A stretch of DNA of 64,000 bases from Candidatus Eiseniibacteriota bacterium (GTDB lineage Bacteria > Eisenbacteria > RBG-16-71-46 > SZUA-252): NCBI GenBank assembly GCA_043779525.1, contig JAYWED010000008.1:24881-88880 (forward strand), in the 5' to 3' direction. Shown here one piece after another: positions 27,067 to 39,359 of the stretch (its first letter is position 1; each line of letters begins with the position of its first letter). Below the pieces are notes generated by a model. That model saw nothing but the letters and a program-made list of their open reading frames with translations. It ran no database searches and was not told the origin of the DNA. A program made the position numbers and the translations under genes.

Positions 27067-28299
27067 ATGCACAAGCTCTTGTGGAATCCGGCTCGGGTAC
27101 GGGGATACCCGGCTGCAGTTTTGCTTTCGTGTCTGGCCCTGTTCTGGGGGAGTTGCGCCCAAGATCACACAATGCCAACCAACCCCGCTCCCCATTCTCT
27201 GACCGACCTTTTTCTGACCCCCGACGGTAGAGCAGCACGTTCTGGCGTTCCATTGCTGGGTTCGGCCTCAAGCTTCGCCGTCCTGGGCGGCTCTACGGTA
27301 ACCAGTACCGGCCTCTCCGTGCTCACCGGCGATCTGGGCGTCAGCCCGGGGACCGCGATCACGGGCTTTGGGCCGGGGGTCGTGACTGGGACGATACACG
27401 CTGGGGATGCGGTGGCGGCTCAGGCGCAAAGCGATCTCACCACGGCCTACAATGCCCTGGCGGGGCTGCCTTGCAATACTGACTTGACCGGTCAGGATTT
27501 GGGTGGAAGAACGCTTACGCCCGGTGTCTATTGTTTTTCGTCGTCGGCCCAGTTGACGGGAACGCTCGTTCTCGACGCCCAGGGAAACAGCAATGCCGTC
27601 TTCATCTTCAAGATCGGCAGCACGCTCACGACCGCCACCAACTCATCCGTTGTTATGATAAATGGCGGTCGAGTGTGCAATGTCTTCTGGCAGGTCGGCA
27701 GCTCCGCGACCCTCGGCACCGGCACGAAGTTCGCGGGGAGCATTCTCGCGTACGCGAGCATCACCCTGACTACTGGCGTAGGACTATCCGGTAGGGCTTT
27801 GGCGCGAACAGGTGCCGTGACTATGGATACCGACACGGTCTCCGTCGGAGACTGCGCGCTGGGCTCGGGAGGAAAGTGCAAGCTCAAGGTGACCGGCGGC
27901 GGCTCAATTCGCGTGGCCGGCGGCTACGCAAGCTTTGGCTTCGTCGTGCAACAAAATAGGGACGGCCGGATAAAGGGCCAGCTGCAATACGTCAACCACG
28001 CCAGTCGCACGAAGGTGCATATCCGTGCGTTCAGCTCGCTTCTGATCGACGGCAAGACCGCCACGTTTGCCGGCACCGGCACCATCAATCGCCTGCCCGG
28101 CAGGTTCACCGTCACCGTGACGGATAATGGGGAGCCGGGCCGAGACGACCGGTTCACGATTTCCATCTCGGGAGGCCCGACGGAAGGGGGTACCCTCCGC
28201 AGCGGCAACATTCAAATCCACGAAAAGGATTGCGGCGAAGGAGACGGCGACGACGGCAATGATGACCACGGCCATGATGGTAACGCGGATGATGAATGA
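27067..28299 (+). CDS. DUF3494 ice-binding-like family lipoprotein/secreted protein with an acidic C-terminal tail
   Basis: Signal/lipobox-like N-terminus. ...FAGSILAYASITLTTGVGLSGRALARTGAVTMDTDTV... is the DUF3494 (ice-binding-like) signature. The C-terminus is GEGDGDDGNDDHGHDGNADDE. Confidence 0.7.
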   Translation: MHKLLWNPARVRGYPAAVLLSCLALFWGSCAQDHTMPTNPAPHSLTDLFLTPDGRAARSGVPLLGSASSFAVLGGSTVTSTGLSVLTGDLGVSPGTAITGFGPGVVTGTIHAGDAVAAQAQSDLTTAYNALAGLPCNTDLTGQDLGGRTLTPGVYCFSSSAQLTGTLVLDAQGNSNAVFIFKIGSTLTTATNSSVVMINGGRVCNVFWQVGSSATLGTGTKFAGSILAYASITLTTGVGLSGRALARTGAVTMDTDTVSVGDCALGSGGKCKLKVTGGGSIRVAGGYASFGFVVQQNRDGRIKGQLQYVNHASRTKVHIRAFSSLLIDGKTATFAGTGTINRLPGRFTVTVTDNGEPGRDDRFTISISGGPTEGGTLRSGNIQIHEKDCGEGDGDDGNDDHGHDGNADDE

Positions 28300-29020
28300 G
28301 GCCCGGCAGGCCACGGGGGCGGCATCTCCGTGACCGGCAGCCGGTAAGCGACAGACATCTGAATCATCGGAAACACGAAGACCTCCGCGTGGTAGAAAGT
28401 GTGTTCAGGCAGTTCTTCCACGGACGGAGGTCTTCGCTTGCGGTATTGCGGCTAAAACCGCCGGTACAGTCCGGCTCCGACGTACCCACCGTGGCGTCGC
28501 CCCCCATCGGGCGAGGCGCTCTCCTTGTACCCTCCCCGAAGGCTGAGAGAGATTCGCGATCGGACGAGCGCGCACTCGACGGTCGCTCCACCTTGCTCCC
28601 TCAGTCGGGAATGTCGGGGCCTCCGGGGGGAGAGGGCGGGCTCGCCTGCTTCTTGGATCGCTTACGTAGGATGCTCGAACCGAGCATCTGAGCGGAGAGT
28701 CAGCGCCCGAGCGCCGCCGCCGCGGTCACGGCCGAGCCCACGGTCACGAGCGTCACTGCCGCGAACGCGTCACGGCGTATCACGAATCCAGCCACGATCA
28801 ACGCGGCGCCGACGGCCATCCGCCCGTAGCGCTCGCTCATCTTCATAGTGCACGATGGCTCCATATGCTCACCTCACGATGGAAGAAGGTACTTCGCCTC
28901 CCGCCCCGCGGGCGCGGGCGCGGCGGATCCACCACAGGCCGAATCGCCGGGTGGAGTAGAGCAAGACCGCGCCGAAGCGGACCAAGCGGATCATACCGTT
29001 CGTGCTTTGAGCGCGGCCTT

Positions 29021-29581
29021 CTAGCCGAGAAGGCGCTCGATCCATTCCGCGAGGGCCTTCATGTAGGCCGTGAAGAACTCGCGGGTCTTCTCGTTCGTCA
29101 AGGCACCGTCAGAGCCAAGTAGCGTGCTCACGTTCGCGATGTACATTTCCGGGAGCGGCATCGCCGCCGCCCCGACCGCCACGAGCGACTGCCGAAGCTG
29201 GTGCTGGGCGGCCATCGCGCCGAGGGCGCCTGGCGTCACGCTGACAACGCCCGCGGGTTTCTTGTCCCACACACTTTTGCCGTAGGGCCGGGACCCCACG
29301 TCCACCGCGTTCTTCATCACCGCGGGTAGCCCGCGGTTGTACTCGGGCGTGACAAAGAGAAGCGCGTCGAGCGAGCGGATGCGCTGGCGGAAATCGGCCC
29401 AGGGCTTGGGCGGAGAGTCGGTCTCGAGATCCTGGTTGTAGAGCGGCAGCTCGCCAATCTCCGCGAACGAGAGTGAAAGGGACGCGGGCGCGACCGCGAT
29501 CAGGGCGTGTGCGACCTTTCGATTCCAGGACTCCTTACGAAGACTGCCGACGAAAACGCCGACTTCGCGTGCTGCGCTCAT
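29021..29581 (-). CDS. NADPH-dependent FMN reductase (flavodoxin-like fold)
   Basis: ...VGVFVGSLRKESWNRKVAHAL...LLFVTPEYNRGLPAVMKNAVD... matches the FMN_red family. Confidence 0.8.
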   Translation of the reverse strand: MSAAREVGVFVGSLRKESWNRKVAHALIAVAPASLSLSFAEIGELPLYNQDLETDSPPKPWADFRQRIRSLDALLFVTPEYNRGLPAVMKNAVDVGSRPYGKSVWDKKPAGVVSVTPGALGAMAAQHQLRQSLVAVGAAAMPLPEMYIANVSTLLGSDGALTNEKTREFFTAYMKALAEWIERLLG

Positions 29582-29597
29582 GCTCGTTCCCTCCATT

Positions 29598-29633
29598 AAC
29601 ACAAACGAAAGGGGGCCCCCTTCGGGGCCCCCA
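29598..29633 (-). terminator. rho-independent terminator for the upstream minus-strand gene
   Basis: GGGGGCCCC-TTCG-GGGGCCCCC hairpin followed on the minus strand by TTTCGTTTGTGTT. Confidence 0.6.
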
Positions 29634-29665
29634 ACGATAGTAACAGACTCGCGCTGGCTGAATAC

Positions 29666-30628
29666 CTAGTCGCGATCCATCCGGCTCTCGTGCTTCGCGC
29701 TCATACGGACCTCGCGCGGCACCGAGCCCTTGTGCACGTGGACGAACGGCCCGCGCCAGGATTCGGAGCGAAGCCAGTCGCCGTTTTCCTTCATGTACCA
29801 CGAGTTGTTGATCTGGAAGAGCTCGTGGCCCATCGCGTCGTGCCTGACCTCGACGGCCATTTCGGTCGTCGCGAAGGCCGGCTCGCTGACGGCTGCCTTC
29901 ATGACGGGCTCATCCTCGCGCTCGGTGCTGGAATACGAGTAGTTCGACGAAACGGCACGGTGCCGGCGGTAGCGATTGTGGCGCCACGCCGCGGAAAGCT
30001 GCGCCGAGTGCATCCGGTGGTGCACATACGTCCTGTGCCGCGGATGATGCACGGGACGGAACGTGTCCGTGTTCCGGGCCCTCGTGTACCGGTTCTCGTC
30101 GTTGTCCCGCATGGTACTGCTGGTGTAGACGACTCCTGAGGGAACGGCAGCCATCGCGCCCGCGTCCATGGTCGACCGCGGTGCGGTGAACGTGCGAACC
30201 GGCCTGTCGCCCGCGGCGACCGCCAGCCAATCCTGCCGGTACTCCGCCGAGATCGGAACGACCTCGTGCGGCGTGGGTCCCATGCTCGCGAACGCGGCCG
30301 GGCTGCGCCATGAATTCTCATGGAACGCGGTGCCGTCGCCGACCAGGAACCAGTGGTCGTTGGCGCCCGAGAGATCGTACGCGGGGTCGTCGTTGACGAA
30401 GTAAACCCGAGTGCCCGGCGCCACCATCGGCATGACGCTGACCATGCGGCCCGAAGGCTCGAAAGCCTCCTCGGAGCGCTCGTAGCCCACCCTCTCGTCC
30501 GAGGGCACGTACGTGGAACTCGAGTTCCAGTAGTGCACCGCGCCGTTTTCATCCGCGATCACAGCGGGAGCGCCCACCGACATTCCGGTCAGGCCTACCC
30601 CTACAATCCAAGCGACTAATCCTTTCAT
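29666..30628 (-). CDS. hypothetical exported protein
   Basis: N-terminal signal MKGLVAWIVGVGLTGMSVGAPAVIA. A His/Arg/Tyr-rich central region. No known domain. Confidence 0.5.
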   Translation of the reverse strand: MKGLVAWIVGVGLTGMSVGAPAVIADENGAVHYWNSSSTYVPSDERVGYERSEEAFEPSGRMVSVMPMVAPGTRVYFVNDDPAYDLSGANDHWFLVGDGTAFHENSWRSPAAFASMGPTPHEVVPISAEYRQDWLAVAAGDRPVRTFTAPRSTMDAGAMAAVPSGVVYTSSTMRDNDENRYTRARNTDTFRPVHHPRHRTYVHHRMHSAQLSAAWRHNRYRRHRAVSSNYSYSSTEREDEPVMKAAVSEPAFATTEMAVEVRHDAMGHELFQINNSWYMKENGDWLRSESWRGPFVHVHKGSVPREVRMSAKHESRMDRD

Positions 30629-30907
30629 AAGCCTTGTACCTCCTCACTCATCTGCCCAGCGTGCGTATCGACCCTAAGAGCGGCGGCCCGATTCGAGGGC
30701 CCTCGCGCCATTTGTGACGGAGCATGGTCCGTGCCCACATGAACCCTACGCTAATAACCGGCGTAAGTGTCGGATCGATGGGGAAAGCGGGGGGGCCGCG
30801 GAAAGTATTTCGTTCCGGTTGGAGCACCGTGAGGGCAATTTCTTCAACGAAGTGACCCCCGAGTCACGGACAAACTACGGATACGCTCAAGAGACTTGCG
30901 ACGGACC

Positions 30908-31684
30908 TCAGAACATAATCCTGATAGAGAGGCAACTCATGCCCCCGTCCATCTTCTGGAACTCGGACATCTCCAGAGGCACCACGGTGTGACCCAGATC
31001 ACTCAGGATGGCCCGTGACCGCGGGAATCCCGCGGGGGCAAGGAGCCATCCGTTCACCTCGACACAGTTGGCCGCGTAGGCCTCGCCTTCCGGCACCGGA
31101 ACCGCCTCGTACCCCAGGGCGCGGACCGCTGGCGCAAGAGCCTCGAGCGCGAACACCCGGGCGCTTCCCAGGAACGCGATTCCGGTTTTCAGATGCAGGA
31201 GTCCAGGGAAGCCCCGGATGTCGATCGTCGAGGACATGACCCCCTCGGCATCCAGATATCCGGCGAGCTGTCGCGCGCCCTCCTCGTTCGTGCGCTCGGA
31301 GATTCCGATGATCACCCGCTCGAAGGTATCGAGCACGTCGCCTCCGTCCACCGTGCCCGGCGCTTCGATGGCGTGAATTCGGGGGATCAGGGACTCCAGG
31401 GCGCGCCGCACGGACGGCACCTCTCCGCGACGGCTCGGCGCGCCGGACCGCGTGAGAACGACCGAGCTTCCGGCGAGGACGGCCGCGTCCTCGATGAACG
31501 TCGAGTCGGGATGCTCTGGATCCGGATCGAGCCGGATCACCTTGACGCCGGCGCGCTCCAGAGCCTGAACGTAGCCCTCGTGCTGATCCAGCGCGCGCTT
31601 CAGGTCGGGGGCGCCGAGACCGGCGGAGGTGATCCCCTTCGCGAAGGTCGCGGAGGGAGGGCGCACGAGTGCGCTCCCGATCAT
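30908..31684 (-). CDS. dimethylarginine dimethylaminohydrolase (DDAH)/amidinotransferase-superfamily protein
   Basis: ...HPDSTFIEDAAVL... and a C-terminal ...GGMSCLSIR... catalytic Cys motif typical of DDAH/arginine deiminase-fold enzymes. Confidence 0.7.
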   Translation of the reverse strand: MIGSALVRPPSATFAKGITSAGLGAPDLKRALDQHEGYVQALERAGVKVIRLDPDPEHPDSTFIEDAAVLAGSSVVLTRSGAPSRRGEVPSVRRALESLIPRIHAIEAPGTVDGGDVLDTFERVIIGISERTNEEGARQLAGYLDAEGVMSSTIDIRGFPGLLHLKTGIAFLGSARVFALEALAPAVRALGYEAVPVPEGEAYAANCVEVNGWLLAPAGFPRSRAILSDLGHTVVPLEMSEFQKMDGGMSCLSIRIMF

Positions 31685-32012
31685 CGTTCCGCGGGAAGCG
31701 AACTCAGGAAGGAGCGAATTCCTCCAGCGAGCAGAAGGGATCGCATGCGCCGGACAGTACCCAACGCGGACCCGACGTGGCAAGCGCGCTGAATCTCCTC
31801 GGGGCGCCCGGCATCCAAGCACTTGATTCGGTAGCAGGTGGAAGTTCGCGAAAGCAATTCGGGCCGCCGGCGAAGAACGAACCGGCGGCCTTTTTGTGTG
31901 GTCGCGCGCCCTCTGACCCGAAAACCCGGTCCGATGACCGGGGCGCAGCCGTCGCGTCTGGCGGCGTCCGACCAGAGCCGGAATTGGTTTTGGAAGAGAA
32001 GAGAGGATTCAG

Positions 32013-32213
32013 ATGACTGGCACCGTGAAGTGGTTCAACGAGGCGAAGGGCTTCGGCTTCATCGCGCAGAGCGAGGGCGAGGATGTATTCGTCCATTACT
32101 CCGCGATCGAAGGCGACGGCTTCAAGAGTCTCGCGGACGGTGATCGAGTGACGTTCGAAGTCACGCAGGGCCCGAAGGGCCCCGCGGCGGCGAACGTGCG
32201 CAAGATCGACTGA
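32013..32213 (+). CDS. cspA: cold-shock protein (CspA family)
   Basis: [32 protein letters not shown], with RNP1 and RNP2 motifs. A GC-rich hairpin and T-run follows at about 32225-32270. Confidence 0.95.
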   Translation: MTGTVKWFNEAKGFGFIAQSEGEDVFVHYSAIEGDGFKSLADGDRVTFEVTQGPKGPAAANVRKID

Positions 32214-32323
32214 CCGAGCCGCGGCAAGCGAGGCGGTTCCGGAGGGCCGAGAGGCTCTTCGGGCCGCCTTTTGCTATCTGACCGCGGGGTTATCGAACGG
32301 CAGCATCGGGGATCCGCCAACCA

Positions 32324-33655
32324 TTAGAGCGGGACGTCGCACTCCACGGAGAGAACGTCTTCCAGAGTCTCCCGCCGGGCCACGAGCGATGCCCGCCCTC
32401 CTTCCCACCACACCTCGGCCGCGCGCCCGATCGACAGATAGTTCATGCTCATTGTGGCGCCATAAGCGCCCGCGTCGTGGAGCGCGATCAGGTCTCCCGG
32501 CTCGGGCCGCGGAATCTCGCGGGGCCGGAGCAGCTCCTCTTCCCCGCGCGTGAACACGTCTCCGCTCTCGCAGAGCGGTCCCGCCACGACGCACGGCTCC
32601 GCGTCGCGGGCGGCGCGCGCGCCCAGAACCTCGATGTGGTGATAGGCCCCATAGAACGCGGGACGCAGTAGATCGCAGAACCCGGCGTCCACCATGACAA
32701 ACGTGTGCCCCGGTCCCCTCTCGTTCGCCCGCGTCTCCTTCACGTCCGTGACGCGCGTCACGAGCGAGGCGCCGCCCGCGACGAGGAAACGGCCGGGCTC
32801 CGCCTCGATCCGGATCGGCCTGCCGGCCCTGGCGCTCAGCGATCCGGCCGCGCGGCTCAGAAGCGCGCGTAGCGATCCCAGATCGTAGGCGGTCTCCCCG
32901 GGTCGATACGGATGCGGGATCCCGCCACCGAGGCTCACCGCCTCCACGTCGGGGAAATCCGGAAGCAGCGATCCGAAGAACTCGACCAGGCGCATCACGT
33001 TGGTGTCGAACTCGAGGAGCGCCGGGCCGGTCCCGACGTGCGCGTGGAGGAGCGTGATCGTGAGCCCCGCGTCGGCCGCCTCCCTTCTTACCAGCGCGAG
33101 CCGGTCGGGCCAGATCCCGTGCTTGGAGGATGGGCCTCCGGTGTCGCATGCCTCCACGTGCCCCTGCCCGAAACCTGGGTTCACGCGAATCGCGACAGGA
33201 CCTCGGAAGGCCGCCTCGCGCAGGTCGCGCAGCATCCCCGGCGAGCCGAGATTCGGGGTCACGTGTTCGCTCTGCAGGGCCGCCAGCGCGTTGTCGCGAA
33301 ATACGTCCGAGGTCAGGAGAATGACGGGAGGCTTGAAACCGCCGGCGAAGCCGGCGCGGCGGGCGCGGAGCACTTCGTTGCCGCTGACCGCGTCGATCCA
33401 CATCCCGGCGTCGCGCATCACGTCGAGGACCTTGTGGCAAGAATTCGCCTTCATGGCGTAGCGCCCGCGAGCGCCCTGCCCGCTCACCGCCTCGGCGAAT
33501 CGCGCGGCGGCCGCGCGCAAGGCGCCGCCATCGTAGAAATAGAAGGGCGTGCCGACGCGGGACGCAACCTGCTCCAGGGGATATGGGGCGAGATCGAGCA
33601 TGGAACCGGAGAGAGTAAGCCGCACATTGTCGGGCCGTCGCCACATTTCTGCCAC
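32324..33655 (-). CDS. PLP-dependent decarboxylase, fold-III (diaminopimelate decarboxylase-like, LysA family)
   Basis: ...YAMKANSCHKVLDV... (PLP Lys), ...SLGGGIP..., and ...CESGDVF... near the C-terminus. The true start may be the internal Met near 33601. Confidence 0.75.
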   Translation of the reverse strand: MAEMWRRPDNVRLTLSGSMLDLAPYPLEQVASRVGTPFYFYDGGALRAAAARFAEAVSGQGARGRYAMKANSCHKVLDVMRDAGMWIDAVSGNEVLRARRAGFAGGFKPPVILLTSDVFRDNALAALQSEHVTPNLGSPGMLRDLREAAFRGPVAIRVNPGFGQGHVEACDTGGPSSKHGIWPDRLALVRREAADAGLTITLLHAHVGTGPALLEFDTNVMRLVEFFGSLLPDFPDVEAVSLGGGIPHPYRPGETAYDLGSLRALLSRAAGSLSARAGRPIRIEAEPGRFLVAGGASLVTRVTDVKETRANERGPGHTFVMVDAGFCDLLRPAFYGAYHHIEVLGARAARDAEPCVVAGPLCESGDVFTRGEEELLRPREIPRPEPGDLIALHDAGAYGATMSMNYLSIGRAAEVWWEGGRASLVARRETLEDVLSVECDVPL

Positions 33656-33714
33656 AGCCGCCGTTTTCGCTGAAGCCGCCGGGCCGATCCGCCGATGATT
33701 CGTCGCAGAGCCCT

Positions 33715-34101
33715 ATGCGCCATCTACCGTGGTTCCTCCTCCTCACGCTGCTCGCATCCGCCGGTTGTGCCGGCACCCGTCCGTCGCCGGTCGCCTCGTT
33801 CGAGCGCGGCGTCCAGGTGGGGTTCGCCTCCTATTACGACTCCCGCTTCGACGGCGCGAGGACCGCGAGCGGCGAACGCTATGACGAGAAGGCGCTCACC
33901 GCTGCCCATCGCACGCTTCCCTTCGGCACCCGCGTACAGGTGACCAATCTGGAAAACGGCAGAAGTGTTGTCGTCACGATCACGGACCGCGGCCCGTTCG
34001 CCCGGGGCCGCATCATCGACCTTTCGCGCCGCGCCGCGCGTAAGCTGGAATTCCTGCGCGACGGCACAGCGCGGGTACGTCTCGAGGTCGTGGAGAACTG
34101 A
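33715..34101 (+). CDS. rlpA: RlpA-like lipoprotein (DPBB domain)
   Basis: Lipobox LLASAGCAG. ...GFASYYDSRFDGARTASGERYD...LTAAHRTLPFGTRVQVTNLENGRSVVVTITDRGPF... is the double-psi beta-barrel. Confidence 0.85.
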   Translation: MRHLPWFLLLTLLASAGCAGTRPSPVASFERGVQVGFASYYDSRFDGARTASGERYDEKALTAAHRTLPFGTRVQVTNLENGRSVVVTITDRGPFARGRIIDLSRRAARKLEFLRDGTARVRLEVVEN

Positions 34102-34159
34102 CGGAGCCCCCGAGGCTTGGCCCCGAGGGCTCCCGATGCTCTACATCAGCGCCCGGATT

Positions 34160-34699
34160 TCAACATCCGTCGTCTTCCGCCGGTACCCCACCCTCGATCC
34201 CCAGGAACACCCAGATTCTCTTCCACCGGTTCGCGCCGCTCGTCGCCGTGACCGAGAGCCCCAGCCGATCGATTCGGGTCTGGATCGGCACCCGGTAGTG
34301 AACTCTCCACGCCTTGGCGTCCGTGTCGTACACGAAGGGATACTTGTGCCCCAGCCGGTCGGTCAGCGTCACCGTGGCGGCGTCGGTCGAGGCCCGCGCC
34401 GTGATCTCGACGACGTTTCCGGGAGTGACCAGCGAATCCGGAGCGAACGCGGTGACGTCCGGCGGGAGCGAGTCGGCCGTGGCCGTCAGCCCACCTCCGG
34501 CTCCCAGGCCCGCTTCGGGCGTGGTGGCGCCGGTGGCCGCGACGACGGCGGAAGGAGTCTGCTCCGTCGCCGCGATCGGAGTCGCGCTGGTCTCCACCGC
34601 TGCGCGCTCCTTTCCTTCGCTGCAACCGAGAGCGAGAAACGCCACTACCAGCGATGCCGTGATCACCATGACCCTCTTGCCTGCCCCATCCGTTTTCAT
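34160..34699 (-). CDS. hypothetical lipoprotein
   Basis: Signal peptide plus lipobox (...FLALGCSEG). Ala/Thr-rich linker. No known domain. Confidence 0.5.
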   Translation of the reverse strand: MKTDGAGKRVMVITASLVVAFLALGCSEGKERAAVETSATPIAATEQTPSAVVAATGATTPEAGLGAGGGLTATADSLPPDVTAFAPDSLVTPGNVVEITARASTDAATVTLTDRLGHKYPFVYDTDAKAWRVHYRVPIQTRIDRLGLSVTATSGANRWKRIWVFLGIEGGVPAEDDGC

Positions 34700-35016
34700 T
34701 GCCCTTCTCCCAGCCGGCTTTGGTCTCGCGATCATCGGCCGACTGCCGGCCTAACCGCTGATCGCCTGGTCGTGGTATCGCCCCCGCCCAGGATCCTTGA
34801 GCCGCGTGCACTCATGGCCGCTGCTCTGCTATAGGGCTATATCAAGCAACGTGCCTATTATGTAAATGATTGTGAATGATGCAGTTACCATTATATCGGA
34901 TGCGCACGACGGGAGGAGTTGTGTCAAGCTTGACACAGACCAATCGCGAGCGCACTCTGCAGAGACTCAGTAACGGCTTCGCGCACAATGGACTCGACAG
35001 ATCGAGGAGGCGTGTC

Positions 35017-36156
35017 ATGGAGGACACAGGGAGGTTCTTGGTTGGAACGGTGGCGGGGGCGCTCTTCGCGCTCCTTCTGGTTGCGGGCTCAACCCACGCG
35101 GAGTCCGAGGGAGGATCCGGGCCCCTGGAGCTGCGCGCCAGGGTCGTCTGGACGCATGCAGGCAAAGCCTACCTGGCCTCCAACGATCCCCTGCCTCTCG
35201 TCGAAGGGGACGTTCTCAGGTTCTATGACGGGAAGAGGGTCGCGGCCGAGGGCGCGGTATCCAGCGTCTTCGACGGAACGCTCGCGATCGCCCGGATCAA
35301 GTCGGGCTCCCTCGATCAGGTGAAGAAGCTCGACCGCCTGCGCGTCACGGCCGAGCATCCAAAGCTTCGCCCCGTCGACGTGTTGCGGATCGGAATTCCC
35401 TCGCGGACCAATCTGCTGTTCGCGTGCGGAACTCCCAGCGTCCGGTCGCCCCTGCCCCGCGCCGCGTACCGCGCGGAGGCGATCAGTGTGCGCTCGTTCG
35501 TGCTGACCCGCGACAAATCCGACGCCTCCACCGGGCAATGGCCCGACACGCTCCTCGTGAGACTCTTCGACGAGGCGACCGACCAGGAAATCGCGCTGGA
35601 ACGCGGCGAGCTGGATGCCGCGGTCTTCTGGCCCGGCGAGCTTTCCACGCAGATGCGCGAGAGCCCGCGCTGGCGGGACTTCTCCTATGGAGGGCGCTCG
35701 AAGGTCGTCCTGAGCGCCTTGCTCTCCCGCGACGCGGCCGATTCCCAGCTCGCTCCGGCCGACACCACAGCACTCCTCTGGATGAACGAGGTGGCGTTCC
35801 GAGGGGACCTCATCCCGTGGGATCGCGCTTCGGGACGCGCCGTGACGCTCGAGCCGCCAGCGGCGAATCCCCCCGCGCCCCCGCATCGATTCGAGGTCAA
35901 TCACTCGCTCCCGGGATGGCAGACGCTCGAACGGGCCCTTCGCGGCTCGGGCGCTTCATCCTCGCGCGCGGAATCGGCCCCGGTGCGGATGATCCTTCTT
36001 GGAACGTCGGCCACGCCCTCCGACCCGGTCTGGTTTTCCTTCGCGGTCCGCTGTCCCGTCGTGTCCTCGCCGGATCTCCGCTCCTATCTGCGCACGCTCG
36101 GCCCCGACGCGGTCGCGAGCATCGTGGATTGCGCCATCGCGAGGGGCGCGCAGTGA
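35017..36156 (+). CDS. hypothetical exported protein, first gene of the operon with the downstream HK/sigma-54 response regulator
   Basis: GGAGG Shine-Dalgarno 8 nt upstream of the ATG at 35017. Signal peptide MEDTGRFLVGTVAGALFALLLVAGSTHA. The stop overlaps the HK start (GTGA). Confidence 0.55.
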   Translation: MEDTGRFLVGTVAGALFALLLVAGSTHAESEGGSGPLELRARVVWTHAGKAYLASNDPLPLVEGDVLRFYDGKRVAAEGAVSSVFDGTLAIARIKSGSLDQVKKLDRLRVTAEHPKLRPVDVLRIGIPSRTNLLFACGTPSVRSPLPRAAYRAEAISVRSFVLTRDKSDASTGQWPDTLLVRLFDEATDQEIALERGELDAAVFWPGELSTQMRESPRWRDFSYGGRSKVVLSALLSRDAADSQLAPADTTALLWMNEVAFRGDLIPWDRASGRAVTLEPPAANPPAPPHRFEVNHSLPGWQTLERALRGSGASSSRAESAPVRMILLGTSATPSDPVWFSFAVRCPVVSSPDLRSYLRTLGPDAVASIVDCAIARGAQ

Positions 36157-37867
36157 CATCCCTGAAGGCAAGGCTCATCCTCGCCTTTTCCCTCATCACG
36201 CTCATTCCGCTGGCAATCGCGATGGTGCTTCTGACCGCGCGGATCCAGTCGATGGTGAAAGGCGAGGCCGAGGAGCGCCTCGGATCGGCCCTGGAAGGGA
36301 TCGGGTCGCAAGCCGTGGACGACGGGCGGCGCATCGCAGCGAGGATCGAGATCCTCGCCCGGGATCCACAGCTCAAGCGGCTCTACCTCATCCGGCCTTC
36401 CGGCAGCCGCGATCTCTCCGAATACCTGGCGGAGCGTCAGATCCTTCTCGGGCTCGATTTCCTGACGGTGGCCGACTCGAGCGGACGCGTTGTGGCGACG
36501 GGCCTGTCGACGCGTGAGCCGCGCGAAGCGGTCCCTTCGCCTCGGGCCGGCGCGGTCCCTTCGCCTCCGGCGGGCGCGGTCCCCTCGGCTCCGGCGGGCG
36601 CGCCCTTCAATACACCCGCGATCACCGCCGCGGAAGGACTCGGCGCGCTCGCGATGGTCTCTCGATCTCCCGTCTCCTATCAGGGCGCCGACGCGGGCTA
36701 TGTCCAGGGAGGGCTCCTGTTCGACGCGGCGCTCCTTAGCCGGTTGGGCAAGACCAGCGGCGTCGAGTGGATTCTGCGCGACCCTGCCGGCCGGATCGCC
36801 GCGAGCACGGTGCGGAACCCGCCGGCCGGGGCCCTCGGGAGCGCGTACTTGCGCCGGAGCGCGCCGCTCCAAGTGGGGGCGCCGCCCTACGCGACCATCA
36901 CCGGCCTCGCGTCGACCGCGGAGGCCGATCGGGCGATCGCTTCGGTGCGGGTGGCCTCGGCCCTCCTGGGACTGCTGGGACTGGCCATCGCGATCCCGCT
37001 CGCGATCCTCTGGTCCGCGCAGATCTCACGGCCCGTGGAGCGGCTGGCCGCCTTTTCGGAGAAGGTCGCGCGAGGAGACTGGGAAGAGCCGCTGACCCTG
37101 AACAGCGTGGGCGAGCTTCAGACCCTGGTCCTGGCGCTCGACCGGATGCGCAGCGATCTTCAGACCTACCGCGAGAAGCTCGTGACGAGCGAGCGCCAAG
37201 CCGCGTGGAGTCAGATGGCGCGCAAGGTGGCGCACGAGGTGAAGAATCCGCTCACGCCCATCGCGATCTCGATCGAGGACCTGAAGCGGAGTTACGACCA
37301 GAAACGTCCCGACTTCCCCGAGATCCTGAATCAAGCGGTGCGGACGATCGGGGAGGAGGTGGAGGCCCTGCGCCGGATGCTACAGGAATTCTCGGATTTC
37401 GCCCGGATTCCTCCGCCCGTGCCCGCGCCCTCCCGCATATCGCAGCTTCTGGGCGACCTCGAGACCCTCTACGGACGCGAGGTCTCGGCAGGCCGCCTGG
37501 TCGTGCGCCGCCCGGCGGGGGAGATCACGTTCACGGCCGACGCGGGGCAAATCCGCCAGGCCCTGATCAACCTCGTCAAGAACGGGCTGGAGGCGCTGAA
37601 CGGCGACGGCCGCGTCACGGTCTCGGCCGAGGCCCGCGCGGACGCTCTGGAGATCGCCGTCGCGGACACCGGGCCCGGGCTGAGCGAGGAGCAGAAGGCG
37701 AATCTCTTCGCGCCGGGATTCACGACCAAGGCGCAGGGCACGGGGCTGGGACTCACCATCGTGGAGCGCATCGTGAGCGATCACGGTGGAAGGATCGAGG
37801 TCGATGCGGGCCCAGGGTGCGGAACCACGTTCCGGATCCTCCTGCCTGTTTCGGGAGGCGCTTCCAC

Positions 37868-37871
<4 letters not shown>
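36153..37871 (+). CDS. sensor histidine kinase (TM sensor + HAMP + HisKA + HATPase_c; NtrY/AtoS-like)
   Basis: The GTG start overlaps the upstream stop. HAMP. H-box ARKVAHEVKNPLTPI. N, G1 and G2 boxes ...NLVKNGLEA..., DTGPGL and GTGLGL. Confidence 0.85.
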
Positions 37872-39208
<1,337 letters not shown>

Positions 39209-39359
39209 CGACGGTTCGCGATGTCACAAGAATTGCCAAGAGTTGCCATGTTTGCTAACCTGTTTCTCCCACTATCAATGGTTCGCCCGCGGCCCGCGCG
39301 GCGATAGGCCGCCGCGCCGGACCGCTCCGTAGCAGGTCTCATTCGCCGTGGAGGGTTTC

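Noticed and set aside
28300-28860. Several 75-131-aa ORFs and a 48-aa hydrophobic ORF (28699-28845) after the DUF3494 gene
   Set aside because: No domain support, and the ORFs are overlapping and mutually exclusive. The 48-aa TM-like ORF is plausible but unsupported. A 12-bp inverted repeat (28373-28432) is present but there is no T-run, so no terminator was called.
32274-33776. 500-aa minus-strand ORF in another frame over the decarboxylase gene, and 32912-33673 on the plus strand
   Set aside because: The LysA-like frame (32324-33655) carries PLP-decarboxylase motifs. The other frames are Arg-rich shadows.
39223-39238. Calling a bona fide sigma-54 promoter upstream of the peroxiredoxin
   Set aside because: The -24 element reads TGTCAC, missing the near-invariant GG. 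It is kept only as a weak finding, not as a feature.
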